Assembly (NCBI GenBank): GCA_964489135.1
Contig: CAZAXK010000002.1
Location: 25,692 to 89,691 of the forward strand
Direction: 5' to 3'
From: an uncultured Candidatus Saccharibacteria bacterium
GTDB taxonomy: Bacteria > Patescibacteriota > Minisyncoccia > Phycocordibacterales > WO2-35-19
DNA length: 64,000 bases
Under the pieces are notes generated by a model, which worked only from the letters and a program-made list of their open reading frames with translations, was not told the DNA's origin and ran no database searches. A program made the translations under genes and the position numbers. Shown here one piece after another: positions 29,226 to 36,995 of this stretch (the stretch's first letter is position 1; the number at the start of each line of letters is the position of its first letter).

Positions 29226-29837
29226 ATGAACGAGCCCCAAAAGCTCAAGATCATCGGGGTTACCAACCCCAGCCGACTCGCGTGCATAGCGCGAGCACGG
29301 ACATACACTCAGTATCGCAAGATGGTAGACGACGCGCTTGCAGACCGGTGTCCATTCTGCAACATCGACACCGACCACAACAAAATCGTTGCAGAAACAG
29401 CGCACTGGGTAGCACTACACTGTAACCCACCGGAGAAGCACACTAAGCACCACTTCTTGTACGTGCCTCGGAGCCACGTCGTCCACATGCTGGCTCTACT
29501 TCCTGAAGAGTTGGCCAACCTCTTTACACTCATCAGCAGGGTTCGGTCCCAATACAGCTATCGAAGTAGCGGGATATTGATCCGCGATGGCGACGCCACC
29601 TTGAGCGCGGGCACGATTCAACACTTACACGTCCACGAGATGGTGCCGGATGGAACCGGACGCGTGGAGTCGCCCTTTTACAAGGGGCGCGAGGCGGAGG
29701 AGGCGAGCCTCCGTCGCGCCATCATCTTCGAAAAAATGCGGAAAACATCGATCCTCACAGGTCTGACTGACCCGTTCCTGCTCGCTTCGAATCTGAGTGA
29801 GGAGGATTACCTCCTCATCGACGACCGGCTCAAGTGA
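29226..29837 (+). CDS. HIT-family protein, compositionally atypical (GC-rich) paralog
   Basis: Trimmed to ATG 29226 (MNEPQKLK...), with GAGGG 7-11 nt upstream. CPFCNID plus QHLHVHEMV triad. Visibly higher GC, with many overlapping ORFs in other frames. Confidence 0.6.
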   Translation: MNEPQKLKIIGVTNPSRLACIARARTYTQYRKMVDDALADRCPFCNIDTDHNKIVAETAHWVALHCNPPEKHTKHHFLYVPRSHVVHMLALLPEELANLFTLISRVRSQYSYRSSGILIRDGDATLSAGTIQHLHVHEMVPDGTGRVESPFYKGREAEEASLRRAIIFEKMRKTSILTGLTDPFLLASNLSEEDYLLIDDRLK

Positions 29838-29864
29838 GCCGACTCGGAAAACCGTTCTTTTTAG

Positions 29865-29898
29865 AAAGCCCACTCATCGCGTGCGACGGGTGGGCTTT
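29865..29898. terminator. bidirectional intrinsic-terminator hairpin between the convergent HIT2 and dCMP deaminase genes
   Basis: AAAGCCCAC (29865-29873) / GTGGGCTTT (29890-29898) with a 16-nt loop. A-run on one side and T-run on the other. Confidence 0.5.
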
Positions 29899-30727
29899 AC
29901 GTTTCTACATAAATTATTTCCACTCCCCGACTGCGAAGAATGGTCTCTTGATCGAGCATCTGATAGCCCCCACCGTAATAAAGTTTTTTGATACCGGAAA
30001 AGGCGATTTGTTTGGCACAAGGCGGACAAGGGAAGATGCTCACATACATCGAAGCACCTTCGAGAGCTATCCCCTTCTTGGCCGCTTCGGCAATCACTCT
30101 CGCTTCGGCATGGATAGAAGTCGAAAGCTCGATACCCACCCCTTTGTGCAGAGTATTGCGCGGGTCGCCATCGGCATACGGCGAATGCAGGCTCGGCAAA
30201 TGCTCATTGTGCTGAGAGAGGATAACCTCTCCCTCCTTCACCACAGCGCAACCGATGCGTCGCCACCAGTCCGAGCTCTTCTCGGCTTCGCCCTTCAAAT
30301 TCTGTATTACTTCTTTATCAAACTGTTCGCGCGAAATTGTTTGGTCGGCCTCGACCGGCTTTTCTTCCATCGTCTTGTGCTTATCCCACCGCAAGAAAAC
30401 ATTATCGAAAGTTACCTTCGCGTGAGGGAAAGATTCTTCCGCCAAACTTCTGCACACATCTTCGTCTGGCATAATTATTTCCGCGTCGGCGAGCGAAGCG
30501 AGATGTTCGCTTTCTAAGACCTCAACCTTTTCAAAGATACCCCAACTCTCGATCGCCTTCTTGGCCAAATCAGGCGAGAGTTGGCGTATTTCTTTGGCCA
30601 AATAATCGTACTTTTTTATCAGAGTATCGCCGAAAATATAGAGCTCGCGCACCCCGCTCTGTCGCTCAAAGAATTTTCGGTAGCCCTCGTGCAATACCGG
30701 CACATAGGCGATGATGATCTTTTTCAT
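29897..30727 (-). CDS. dCMP deaminase (C-terminal ~135 aa) fused to an uncharacterised N-terminal ~140-aa domain
   Basis: 276 aa. C-terminal HAEARVIAEAAKKG...PCPPCAKQI zinc-deaminase motifs. No recognisable motif in the N-terminal half. Confidence 0.7.
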   Translation of the reverse strand: MKKIIIAYVPVLHEGYRKFFERQSGVRELYIFGDTLIKKYDYLAKEIRQLSPDLAKKAIESWGIFEKVEVLESEHLASLADAEIIMPDEDVCRSLAEESFPHAKVTFDNVFLRWDKHKTMEEKPVEADQTISREQFDKEVIQNLKGEAEKSSDWWRRIGCAVVKEGEVILSQHNEHLPSLHSPYADGDPRNTLHKGVGIELSTSIHAEARVIAEAAKKGIALEGASMYVSIFPCPPCAKQIAFSGIKKLYYGGGYQMLDQETILRSRGVEIIYVET

Positions 30728-30743
30728 TTATATATTGAAAGTA

Positions 30744-31352
30744 TTACCCTTTCATTTCGTCCAAAACTTCTTGGATGGTTCTTAGGATCTTTGGAGTCAG
30801 GGCAAGGCCAAGCTTCTTCGCGGTGCCGATCTGCAGTCTGCGAATCTTAGCGCTGGTTGAAGTGGTCGCCATCGGCTCTAGCACTACCACTTTGCCACAG
30901 TATTTCTTCAATTCCTTGATCTGCTTGTTGTTGTAGGTATCTTTGGTAGCGATTAGAGTGTCCGGACAGATAGACTTGATGAGATTCCATTTTGGATCCT
31001 TGAGTTGCTTCAGAAATACCAAGTCGACGTAGCGCAAGTGTGTCAGCATCTCCACTCTTTCTTCCTCCGGAACAACTGGCCGCTCCGGACCTTTGCGGTG
31101 CTTTATCTTCTCATCGCTATCAATGCCAACCACCAAAAGATCGCCGTGCTTCTTCGCCTCGCGTAGGTATCGGCCATGGCCGACATGGATCATATCGAAC
31201 GATCCTTGGGTCAACACAATTCTCATACCCAAATATTTGCAGTGCTCGATAAGACTTTTGATCTTCTTGTAATCAGTGAGGGCTTTGCCTCCGAAATTAA
31301 GATGAGCGTACGCGCCCCTATCGACAAAAGCGGTCTTTTCCATGCAGGTCAT
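30744..31352 (-). CDS. cytidylyltransferase-like nucleotidyltransferase (HldE/RfaE domain-II-like)
   Basis: 202 aa. VLTQGSFDMIHVGHGRYL (HxGH), KGPERPVVPEEER, C-terminal ATTSTSAKIRRLQ. Closely parallel to the HldE adenylyltransferase domain. Confidence 0.6.
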   Translation of the reverse strand: MTCMEKTAFVDRGAYAHLNFGGKALTDYKKIKSLIEHCKYLGMRIVLTQGSFDMIHVGHGRYLREAKKHGDLLVVGIDSDEKIKHRKGPERPVVPEEERVEMLTHLRYVDLVFLKQLKDPKWNLIKSICPDTLIATKDTYNNKQIKELKKYCGKVVVLEPMATTSTSAKIRRLQIGTAKKLGLALTPKILRTIQEVLDEMKG

Positions 31353-31364
31353 GATATTGGTTTT

Positions 31365-31393
31365 TTGCTATTAGCGCAAGCATTACTTATAAT
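31365..31393 (+). promoter_or_regulatory. sigma-70-like promoter for folA (TTGCTA-N17-TATAAT), ~6 nt before the ATG
   Basis: -35 at 31365-31370, -10 at 31388-31393, ATG at 31400. Implies a leaderless or near-leaderless mRNA. Confidence 0.45.
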
Positions 31394-31399
31394 CTTTCT

Positions 31400-31897
31400 A
31401 TGAGAGAGCCCAAAATCAGTATCATTGTTGCTCTAAGTGAGAAGCAAAGAGCCATAGGATTCAAAAACGGCTTGCTCTGGAAGATCGAGGGCGACTTGCC
31501 CCGCTTCAAACGCATCACCACCGGCCACCCGATAATCATGGGGCGCAATACTTACCTCTCTATCGGCCGACCGCTGCCGAATCGCACTAATATCGTGATC
31601 TCAAATGCCAAGGACGATACCCTCTCTTCTGTCGAAGGTATTATCCTCGTCGATTCGGTAGAGAAAGCCCTCGCGGAGGCCTCGAAGGTTGAGCAAGAAG
31701 AAGTATTCATAATTGGCGGGGGGATGCTCTATGCCTCGACGATCCACCTCGCTGATCGGCTTTACCTCACCGTCGTCTACAACGAACCGGAAGCAGACAC
31801 CTTCTTCCCCAACTATTCCATGTTCACAAAGCAAATAGAAAAGGAGGATCACCTCGACGGCAACCCCCCTTTCTCTTATATAACTTTAGAAAAATAA
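31400..31897 (+). CDS. folA: dihydrofolate reductase
   Basis: 165 aa. ISIIVALSEKQRAIGFKNGLLW...GGGMLYASTIHLADRLYLTVV. Confidence 0.85.
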   Translation: MREPKISIIVALSEKQRAIGFKNGLLWKIEGDLPRFKRITTGHPIIMGRNTYLSIGRPLPNRTNIVISNAKDDTLSSVEGIILVDSVEKALAEASKVEQEEVFIIGGGMLYASTIHLADRLYLTVVYNEPEADTFFPNYSMFTKQIEKEDHLDGNPPFSYITLEK

Positions 31898-31987
31898 TTA
31901 GCCACGCACTTCTCCCACGCATAATTTTCTGCTGAAAATTTGCGCGGGCCCGCCTCGCGCCGTCGCGCTCCGGCTCGTTGAGGTTGC

Positions 31988-32407
31988 CTATTTCACCTCA
32001 ACGCCCATGCTTCGGCACTGGCCGGCGATGATTTTGACTGCTGCTTCGAGATCATTCGCATTGAGGTCTACCATTTTCTTCTCGGCGATTTCTTCGAGCT
32101 GTTTGCGAGAGATAGTCCCCACCTTCTGTGTTGGGGCCTTGCCAGCGCCCTTTTCTATACCTAAGGCCTTGAGAATAAGACTTGAAGCCGGAGGAGTTTT
32201 GAGTACAAAGTCGAAAGTTCGGTCTTCATAGACGGAAATATCTGCTGGAACCAAACCATCCATTCCACGAGTCGCCTCGTTGAACTTGGTGACGAATTCA
32301 CCAATGTTAATACCAGCCGGACCGAGTGCGGTACCAACAGGAGGCGCAGGGGTAGCCTTACCCGCCGCAATAACCAATTTTATTTTTTTGCTTACTTTCT
32401 TTGCCAT
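31988..32407 (-). CDS. rplK: 50S ribosomal protein L11
   Basis: 139 aa. [26 protein letters not shown]. Confidence 0.9.
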   Translation of the reverse strand: MAKKVSKKIKLVIAAGKATPAPPVGTALGPAGINIGEFVTKFNEATRGMDGLVPADISVYEDRTFDFVLKTPPASSLILKALGIEKGAGKAPTQKVGTISRKQLEEIAEKKMVDLNANDLEAAVKIIAGQCRSMGVEVK

Positions 32408-32523
32408 TTTGGTGTTAGAAACATTACTATATTTGTATTAAATCCGCAACTTTCTTGCCTTTTCCCTCACCTGCAAAGGGGAGGGTGCCCGCAGGGTGGG
32501 TGGGGTGTTTTGGTGTCGAGTAA

Positions 32524-33069
32524 CTATATCTTCTTGACCTGCAGGAAGTCGAGCTCGACAGGGGTCTCGCGACCGAACATAGGTACAAGCACCTTGACCT
32601 TGCCCCGATTTTCGTCTACCTCCCCTACCTTGCCTTCCAAATCCTTAAATGGGCCGTCGGCGATCTTGACCGCATCGTCTACCGAGAGATCGATGTTGTG
32701 CTTCACTGTCTCAGAGCTCATGCGCTTGAAGAGCATATCTATTTCGCTCTGGTCGAGAGGTACGGGGAAAACCCCTGAGCCAACAAAACCAGTTACGCGC
32801 GGAGTATTGCGCACCACGTACCAAGACTCGTCGGTGACGATCATGTCCACCAGTACATAGCCAGGGTAGATCTTCTCTTCCTCCTCTACTCTTTTGTTGC
32901 CCTTGATCTTGATCTTCTTTTCGGTAGGCACAAGTACGTTGAATATTTTGTCCTCCATACCCAAAGATTCGATGCGTTGCTTCAGATTGCGGGCAACCGC
33001 GTTTTCATAGCCAGAATAGGTGTGGATCGCATACCAATTTCTTCCTTCTTTTATTTGTTGCTTAGACAT
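32524..33069 (-). CDS. nusG: transcription antitermination factor NusG
   Basis: 181 aa. NGN domain WYAIHTYSGYENAV plus KOW. Confidence 0.85.
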   Translation of the reverse strand: MSKQQIKEGRNWYAIHTYSGYENAVARNLKQRIESLGMEDKIFNVLVPTEKKIKIKGNKRVEEEEKIYPGYVLVDMIVTDESWYVVRNTPRVTGFVGSGVFPVPLDQSEIDMLFKRMSSETVKHNIDLSVDDAVKIADGPFKDLEGKVGEVDENRGKVKVLVPMFGRETPVELDFLQVKKI

Positions 33070-33095
33070 GGTTGGTTTGAAGTTTACGAATAGAC

Positions 33096-33272
33096 TTAGA
33101 CGACGAGCCCGATTAGCTTCGAGAACACAAGGTCAAAAATTCCTAGGAAAAATGCGAGCACTAAAGACACGATCGCCACTACCAAGCTAAATATTATCGA
33201 CTGCCTTCTAGATGGCCAGTTGACGTGAGTGAGCTCGGTCTTTGTCTCCTTGAAGTAGTTAATTATTCCCAT
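33096..33272 (-). CDS. secE: preprotein translocase subunit SecE (58 aa, below the ORF-track cutoff)
   Basis: Minus-strand ATG at 33270-33272, stop at 33096-33098. MGIINYFKETKTELTHVNWPSRRQSIIFSLVVAIVSLVLAFFLGIFDLVFSKLIGLVV. Single TM, in the canonical position upstream of nusG. Confidence 0.7.
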   Translation of the reverse strand: MGIINYFKETKTELTHVNWPSRRQSIIFSLVVAIVSLVLAFFLGIFDLVFSKLIGLVV

Positions 33273-33370
33273 TTGATTGTTAAATTATACCAATAAATGC
33301 GAGAGATTTCGATCCTACGGAAATTTTCGTATATTTCGTAGTGTTTCGCAAAGTTTTTGTATCCTCTTAT

Positions 33371-33392
33371 CAAAAAACCCCGCTCTCGGGGC
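33371..33392 (-). terminator. intrinsic terminator after the SIMPL-domain gene
   Basis: On the minus strand: GCCCCGAGAGCGGGG followed by TTTTTTG. Confidence 0.5.
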
Positions 33393-33437
33393 CTCTTGAT
33401 TAGGAATTATACTCTTTTACTAACAAAGGTCAAGATC

Positions 33438-34247
33438 TTACTTGATTTCGTAAGTGATTGTAATATTCGCGGTGATTTTGGTCTCGCCTGTTGGTAATTC
33501 CGCTCTTGCCGGAGCCGAAACCGCCTTCATATCGCCCGCTCCTCCCATACCCATCTCACCGTAATATGATACTGGGTAACCACCATTGTCGGTGTAGTAA
33601 AGCATCTTGCCGAGCTTTACCCCGAGTTGCTTAGCAAGGACTTTGGCTTCTGCCTTGGCTTCTTCTATGGCCTGCTTTCTTGCTTCGGCTACATACTTTT
33701 CGCGGTCATCGATAGTAAATTCGAGTCCGCTGATGTTTGAGACGTTGGTTGCGCCCACTTTGGAAACCAGATCTCCTGCCTTGGAAGTATCGCGAACCTT
33801 AACGAGAATTGTCTCTGTTACCTCGTAGCCGATAAGCTCATTTTTGCCCTGCGGACATGGGTAAGCTATGCAGGTGACTTGATTCCATTCGTATTTCGGA
33901 TAGACATTGTAGCTTGTGGTTTTTATATCCTTGTCTTCCACGCCAGATGCCCTGACTGCTTCGAGGGCCTTCGCAATCTTTTCGTCAAGCAGCTTCTGGG
34001 CTGAAGCAACATCCTCACTGGCTTCTGTTATGGTAAAGGAAAAGCTTGCGACATCAGGGATAGCAAATGCTTCCCCCGAACCAGTCGCCATAATAGTTGA
34101 CTGCGGATATATTTCCTTACCAATATTTGGCAATTTTTTGAAACCGATCACTACCTGAACCAAAAGAAAGGCTGACAAGAGAAGGAGACTTATAGAGGCC
34201 CATTTGCCCACCCTCTTTTGTTCATCTCCAAGAATCTGATTGAACAT
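33438..34247 (-). CDS. SIMPL-domain (DUF541) secreted/periplasmic protein
   Basis: 269 aa. N-terminal TM/signal segment. C-terminal KITANITITYEIK-type ending typical of this family. Confidence 0.45.
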   Translation of the reverse strand: MFNQILGDEQKRVGKWASISLLLLSAFLLVQVVIGFKKLPNIGKEIYPQSTIMATGSGEAFAIPDVASFSFTITEASEDVASAQKLLDEKIAKALEAVRASGVEDKDIKTTSYNVYPKYEWNQVTCIAYPCPQGKNELIGYEVTETILVKVRDTSKAGDLVSKVGATNVSNISGLEFTIDDREKYVAEARKQAIEEAKAEAKVLAKQLGVKLGKMLYYTDNGGYPVSYYGEMGMGGAGDMKAVSAPARAELPTGETKITANITITYEIK

Positions 34248-34297
34248 ATGTATTTGAGTTACAAAGTTTATAAAGTTTGAAAGTTGTTAAGTCAAAA

Positions 34298-35179
34298 CTA
34301 AAAACTCTCAGGTCTATTATAGCACAGATCGACTAAGTTTCTAAAGAGGCAGGCGACCGTAAGCGGCCCCACCCCGCCCGGCACCGGCGAAATAGCTTTA
34401 ACTATGGGCTCTACTTCTGCAAAATCCACATCACCCACCAGTTTTGAAACCCCGAGAGAGAGAACCCGATTTATTCCGACATCTATAACCACTTGGTCCT
34501 TATTTACAAAATTTTTGGTAATGAGCCCAACCTGCCCCGCCGCAACGATAAGCACCTCAGATTCTCGACAAACCTTTTCATTGTCTGTTGTCTCGCGATG
34601 ACAAACTCGCACCGAAGCTCCCCGCCTTTCGAGCTCGGTTGCGATCGGCCCACCCGCAAGACGCGACCTACCCACCACAGCCACCTGCTTGTCTTTTACC
34701 TCGATATTATAGAAATCCAAGAGTGCGAGCACCGCTCCGGCCGTAGCGGGTGTAACGAGCAATGACTCATTATCCTCCCGCAGACCCCTCAACCCATCAG
34801 CATCTTTACTTTCACCAATCGCGTTTATTATCCTTTCGGTGTTCAAATTTTCCGGCAATGGCAACTGTACTATTATGCCATTTACACTTTTATCTTGATT
34901 TAGTTTTTCTAATTCACTTATTATTTCTTCTTCCAATTTTTCCTTACCTGCATCCTTCCATTGTTTGAGTATGACCTGCACCCCTATCTGTGCACCAAAC
35001 TTTTGCTTTTGTTTTATATAAGCAGTCGAATCCTCCCTCTCTCCTACCTGCAAAATCGCGAGCGTCGGCGAAAAGCCCAAGTTCGTAATCCGTTCCTTGG
35101 TTTCCTCGATTATCTTTTCCCTCACGGGTTTGCCATATAAAATCTTTGCCATAATACCTTTATCTTGAATAGCGAGCAA
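34298..35179 (-). CDS. folD: bifunctional methylenetetrahydrofolate dehydrogenase/cyclohydrolase
   Basis: 293 aa. GKPVREKIIEE..., GGVGPLTVACLFRN. Confidence 0.85.
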   Translation of the reverse strand: MLAIQDKGIMAKILYGKPVREKIIEETKERITNLGFSPTLAILQVGEREDSTAYIKQKQKFGAQIGVQVILKQWKDAGKEKLEEEIISELEKLNQDKSVNGIIVQLPLPENLNTERIINAIGESKDADGLRGLREDNESLLVTPATAGAVLALLDFYNIEVKDKQVAVVGRSRLAGGPIATELERRGASVRVCHRETTDNEKVCRESEVLIVAAGQVGLITKNFVNKDQVVIDVGINRVLSLGVSKLVGDVDFAEVEPIVKAISPVPGGVGPLTVACLFRNLVDLCYNRPESF

Positions 35180-35993
35180 AAATACCGGCGGGTAGAGAGA
35201 ATGCTCGAGAATTTCTTTCTTGTATCGTTAATTCCCCTCTTTCAATTTTGCCAAGTTCTATATTGAAGACCGAGGCCAACAACTCACCGTACGCAAGCGG
35301 AGTAAAGCCCGAAGCATAGCCATTGAGGAGTAAGAATTTGAAGTCTGGTTGCAAAATTTTCTGTACCGATTGAAGTAGAGCAGGTAAATCTGTTTCGATC
35401 TTCCAGATTTCTCCTTTTGCCCCACGACCAAAGCTTGGCGGATCCATAACTACTCCGTCGTACTTCACGCCACGCTTCGCCTCCCTCTCGACAAACTTTT
35501 TGGCGTCGTCGAGTATCCATCTGATCGGCGATCCTTCCAAGTCATTCAGCTTGGCATTCGCTTTGGCCCAATCGATTGACGGCTTTGAAGCATCGACATG
35601 CACCACCTCCGCCCCTGCTTTAGCAAGTGCAAGTGTCGCGCCACCAGTATAACCAAATAAATTTAGAATCTTAGGATTTTGAATTTGAGATTTAAGATAT
35701 GAGATTTGAGATATGAGATATTTCCAATTTTCTGCATGCTCTGGGAAAACTCCCGTGTGCTTGAAACCCTTGAGACTGACCCCTAATTTGAGCCCCCCTA
35801 TCTCTACCACCCATTCGGCCGGCATATCTGAGCTCTTTTTCCACTTTCCGTCAAAAGTCGCGTCGGCCTTCTTCCACTCTGATTGGTCCAAAGAAGTAAG
35901 CCAGATGGCTTGCGGGTCCGGTCGAGACAGCACAAAGTCGCCGTATCGCTCAAGCTTCCTGCCTTCGCCGCTGTCCATAAGTTCATATTGCAT
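35160..35993 (-). CDS. class I SAM-dependent rRNA methyltransferase (RlmI/YwbD-like)
   Basis: 277 aa. FGYTGGATLALAKAGAEVVHVDASK SAM-binding region. DPPSFGRG. Confidence 0.7.
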   Translation of the reverse strand: MQYELMDSGEGRKLERYGDFVLSRPDPQAIWLTSLDQSEWKKADATFDGKWKKSSDMPAEWVVEIGGLKLGVSLKGFKHTGVFPEHAENWKYLISQISYLKSQIQNPKILNLFGYTGGATLALAKAGAEVVHVDASKPSIDWAKANAKLNDLEGSPIRWILDDAKKFVEREAKRGVKYDGVVMDPPSFGRGAKGEIWKIETDLPALLQSVQKILQPDFKFLLLNGYASGFTPLAYGELLASVFNIELGKIERGELTIQERNSRAFSLPAGIFARYSR

Positions 35994-36009
35994 ATGGTAT
36001 TATAATGAA

Positions 36010-36594
36010 GTGAAAAGCCATAAAAATCAATTCAATCGTTCTCGCAAGGTGGCCTTTACACTCTTTGTTCTCTTGATTGTCGTTACGTTCCTTATCTACG
36101 AATCAACCGAAAACCAGCTCAATCTCACCGACTTTCAAGCAACCGCGCGCGAACTCGGGGTATGGGCACCCATCGTCTTTGTTGTTTTCTACGCGGTCGG
36201 AGTAATATTCTTGCCATCAACCCCATTCATGATCCTCTCGGGTATATTGTTCGGATTCAAATTAGGATTCCTCTATAGTCTGATTGGTGGACTCACTAGC
36301 TCCATTTTAGTCTTCAAAATATCCCGACATTTGGGTAAGGAGTGGGTAGAAAATATTTTGCAGAAAAAATATCTGAACCAAATAGAACGCTACAACCAAA
36401 GACTTGGAAGCAATGGACTCTTTGATCTGATAGTCCTTCGTATTTTGCCAATCATGCCCCTAAACATCCTAAACATTTTGATGGGTATCTCACGAATAAG
36501 CACGCGCAATTACATAATCGGCACCGTCTTCGGGCTTTTGCCAAGCATATTGATTACCGTTTATTTCGGCAATCTTCTGGTAAGAATATTTTAG
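36010..36594 (+). CDS. TVP38/TMEM64 (DedA/SNARE-associated) family membrane protein
   Basis: Multi-TM. Start is uncertain: first plausible in-frame start is GTG 36010 (VKSHKNQF...). The longer track ORF overlaps the rlmI-like gene in antisense. Confidence 0.5.
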   Translation: MKSHKNQFNRSRKVAFTLFVLLIVVTFLIYESTENQLNLTDFQATARELGVWAPIVFVVFYAVGVIFLPSTPFMILSGILFGFKLGFLYSLIGGLTSSILVFKISRHLGKEWVENILQKKYLNQIERYNQRLGSNGLFDLIVLRILPIMPLNILNILMGISRISTRNYIIGTVFGLLPSILITVYFGNLLVRIF

Positions 36595-36598
36595 ATTT

Positions 36599-36976
36599 TT
36601 AGGGGGTGGATTTGGTCAGGATACTTTCGATGTTTTGAACGATCGAATCAAGGCTTTCGTCGGATTTTATGATGTAGCCAGTTGCGCCAAGAGTCATCAT
36701 GTCGCTGATTTTCTTCAAGCTCGACATGTTGGAGGATATAAGCACTGGCACATTTTTTAAATCAGGATCTTCCTTTACCGTTTTCAGAAATGTGGCTCCG
36801 TCCATTTTGGGCATCAGCACATCGAGAATGACTAGGTCCGGCTTATTAGCTTTCATGTGCTGTAAGCCGTCTTCCCCATTCTCGGCCGAAGCAACTTCAT
36901 ACTTGCCCTCCGGCAGAGCACCAATGATTGTTTTGGCAAAAAACTGATCATCGTCTATAACTAGTATTTTTTTCAT
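36599..36976 (-). CDS. single-domain response regulator (receiver)
   Basis: Trimmed to ATG 36974-36976 (MKKILVIDDDQFF...). Ends 20 nt after the histidine kinase gene. Confidence 0.8.
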   Translation of the reverse strand: MKKILVIDDDQFFAKTIIGALPEGKYEVASAENGEDGLQHMKANKPDLVILDVLMPKMDGATFLKTVKEDPDLKNVPVLISSNMSSLKKISDMMTLGATGYIIKSDESLDSIVQNIESILTKSTP

Positions 36977-36995
36977 ATTGGTTACTATTATACCA

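Noticed and set aside
35713-36009. Long N-terminal extension of the TVP38-family ORF starting at 35713 or ATG 35905
   Set aside because: It runs antisense through the 5' part of the rlmI-like gene and translates to non-protein-like sequence. The membrane domain starts near GTG 36010.
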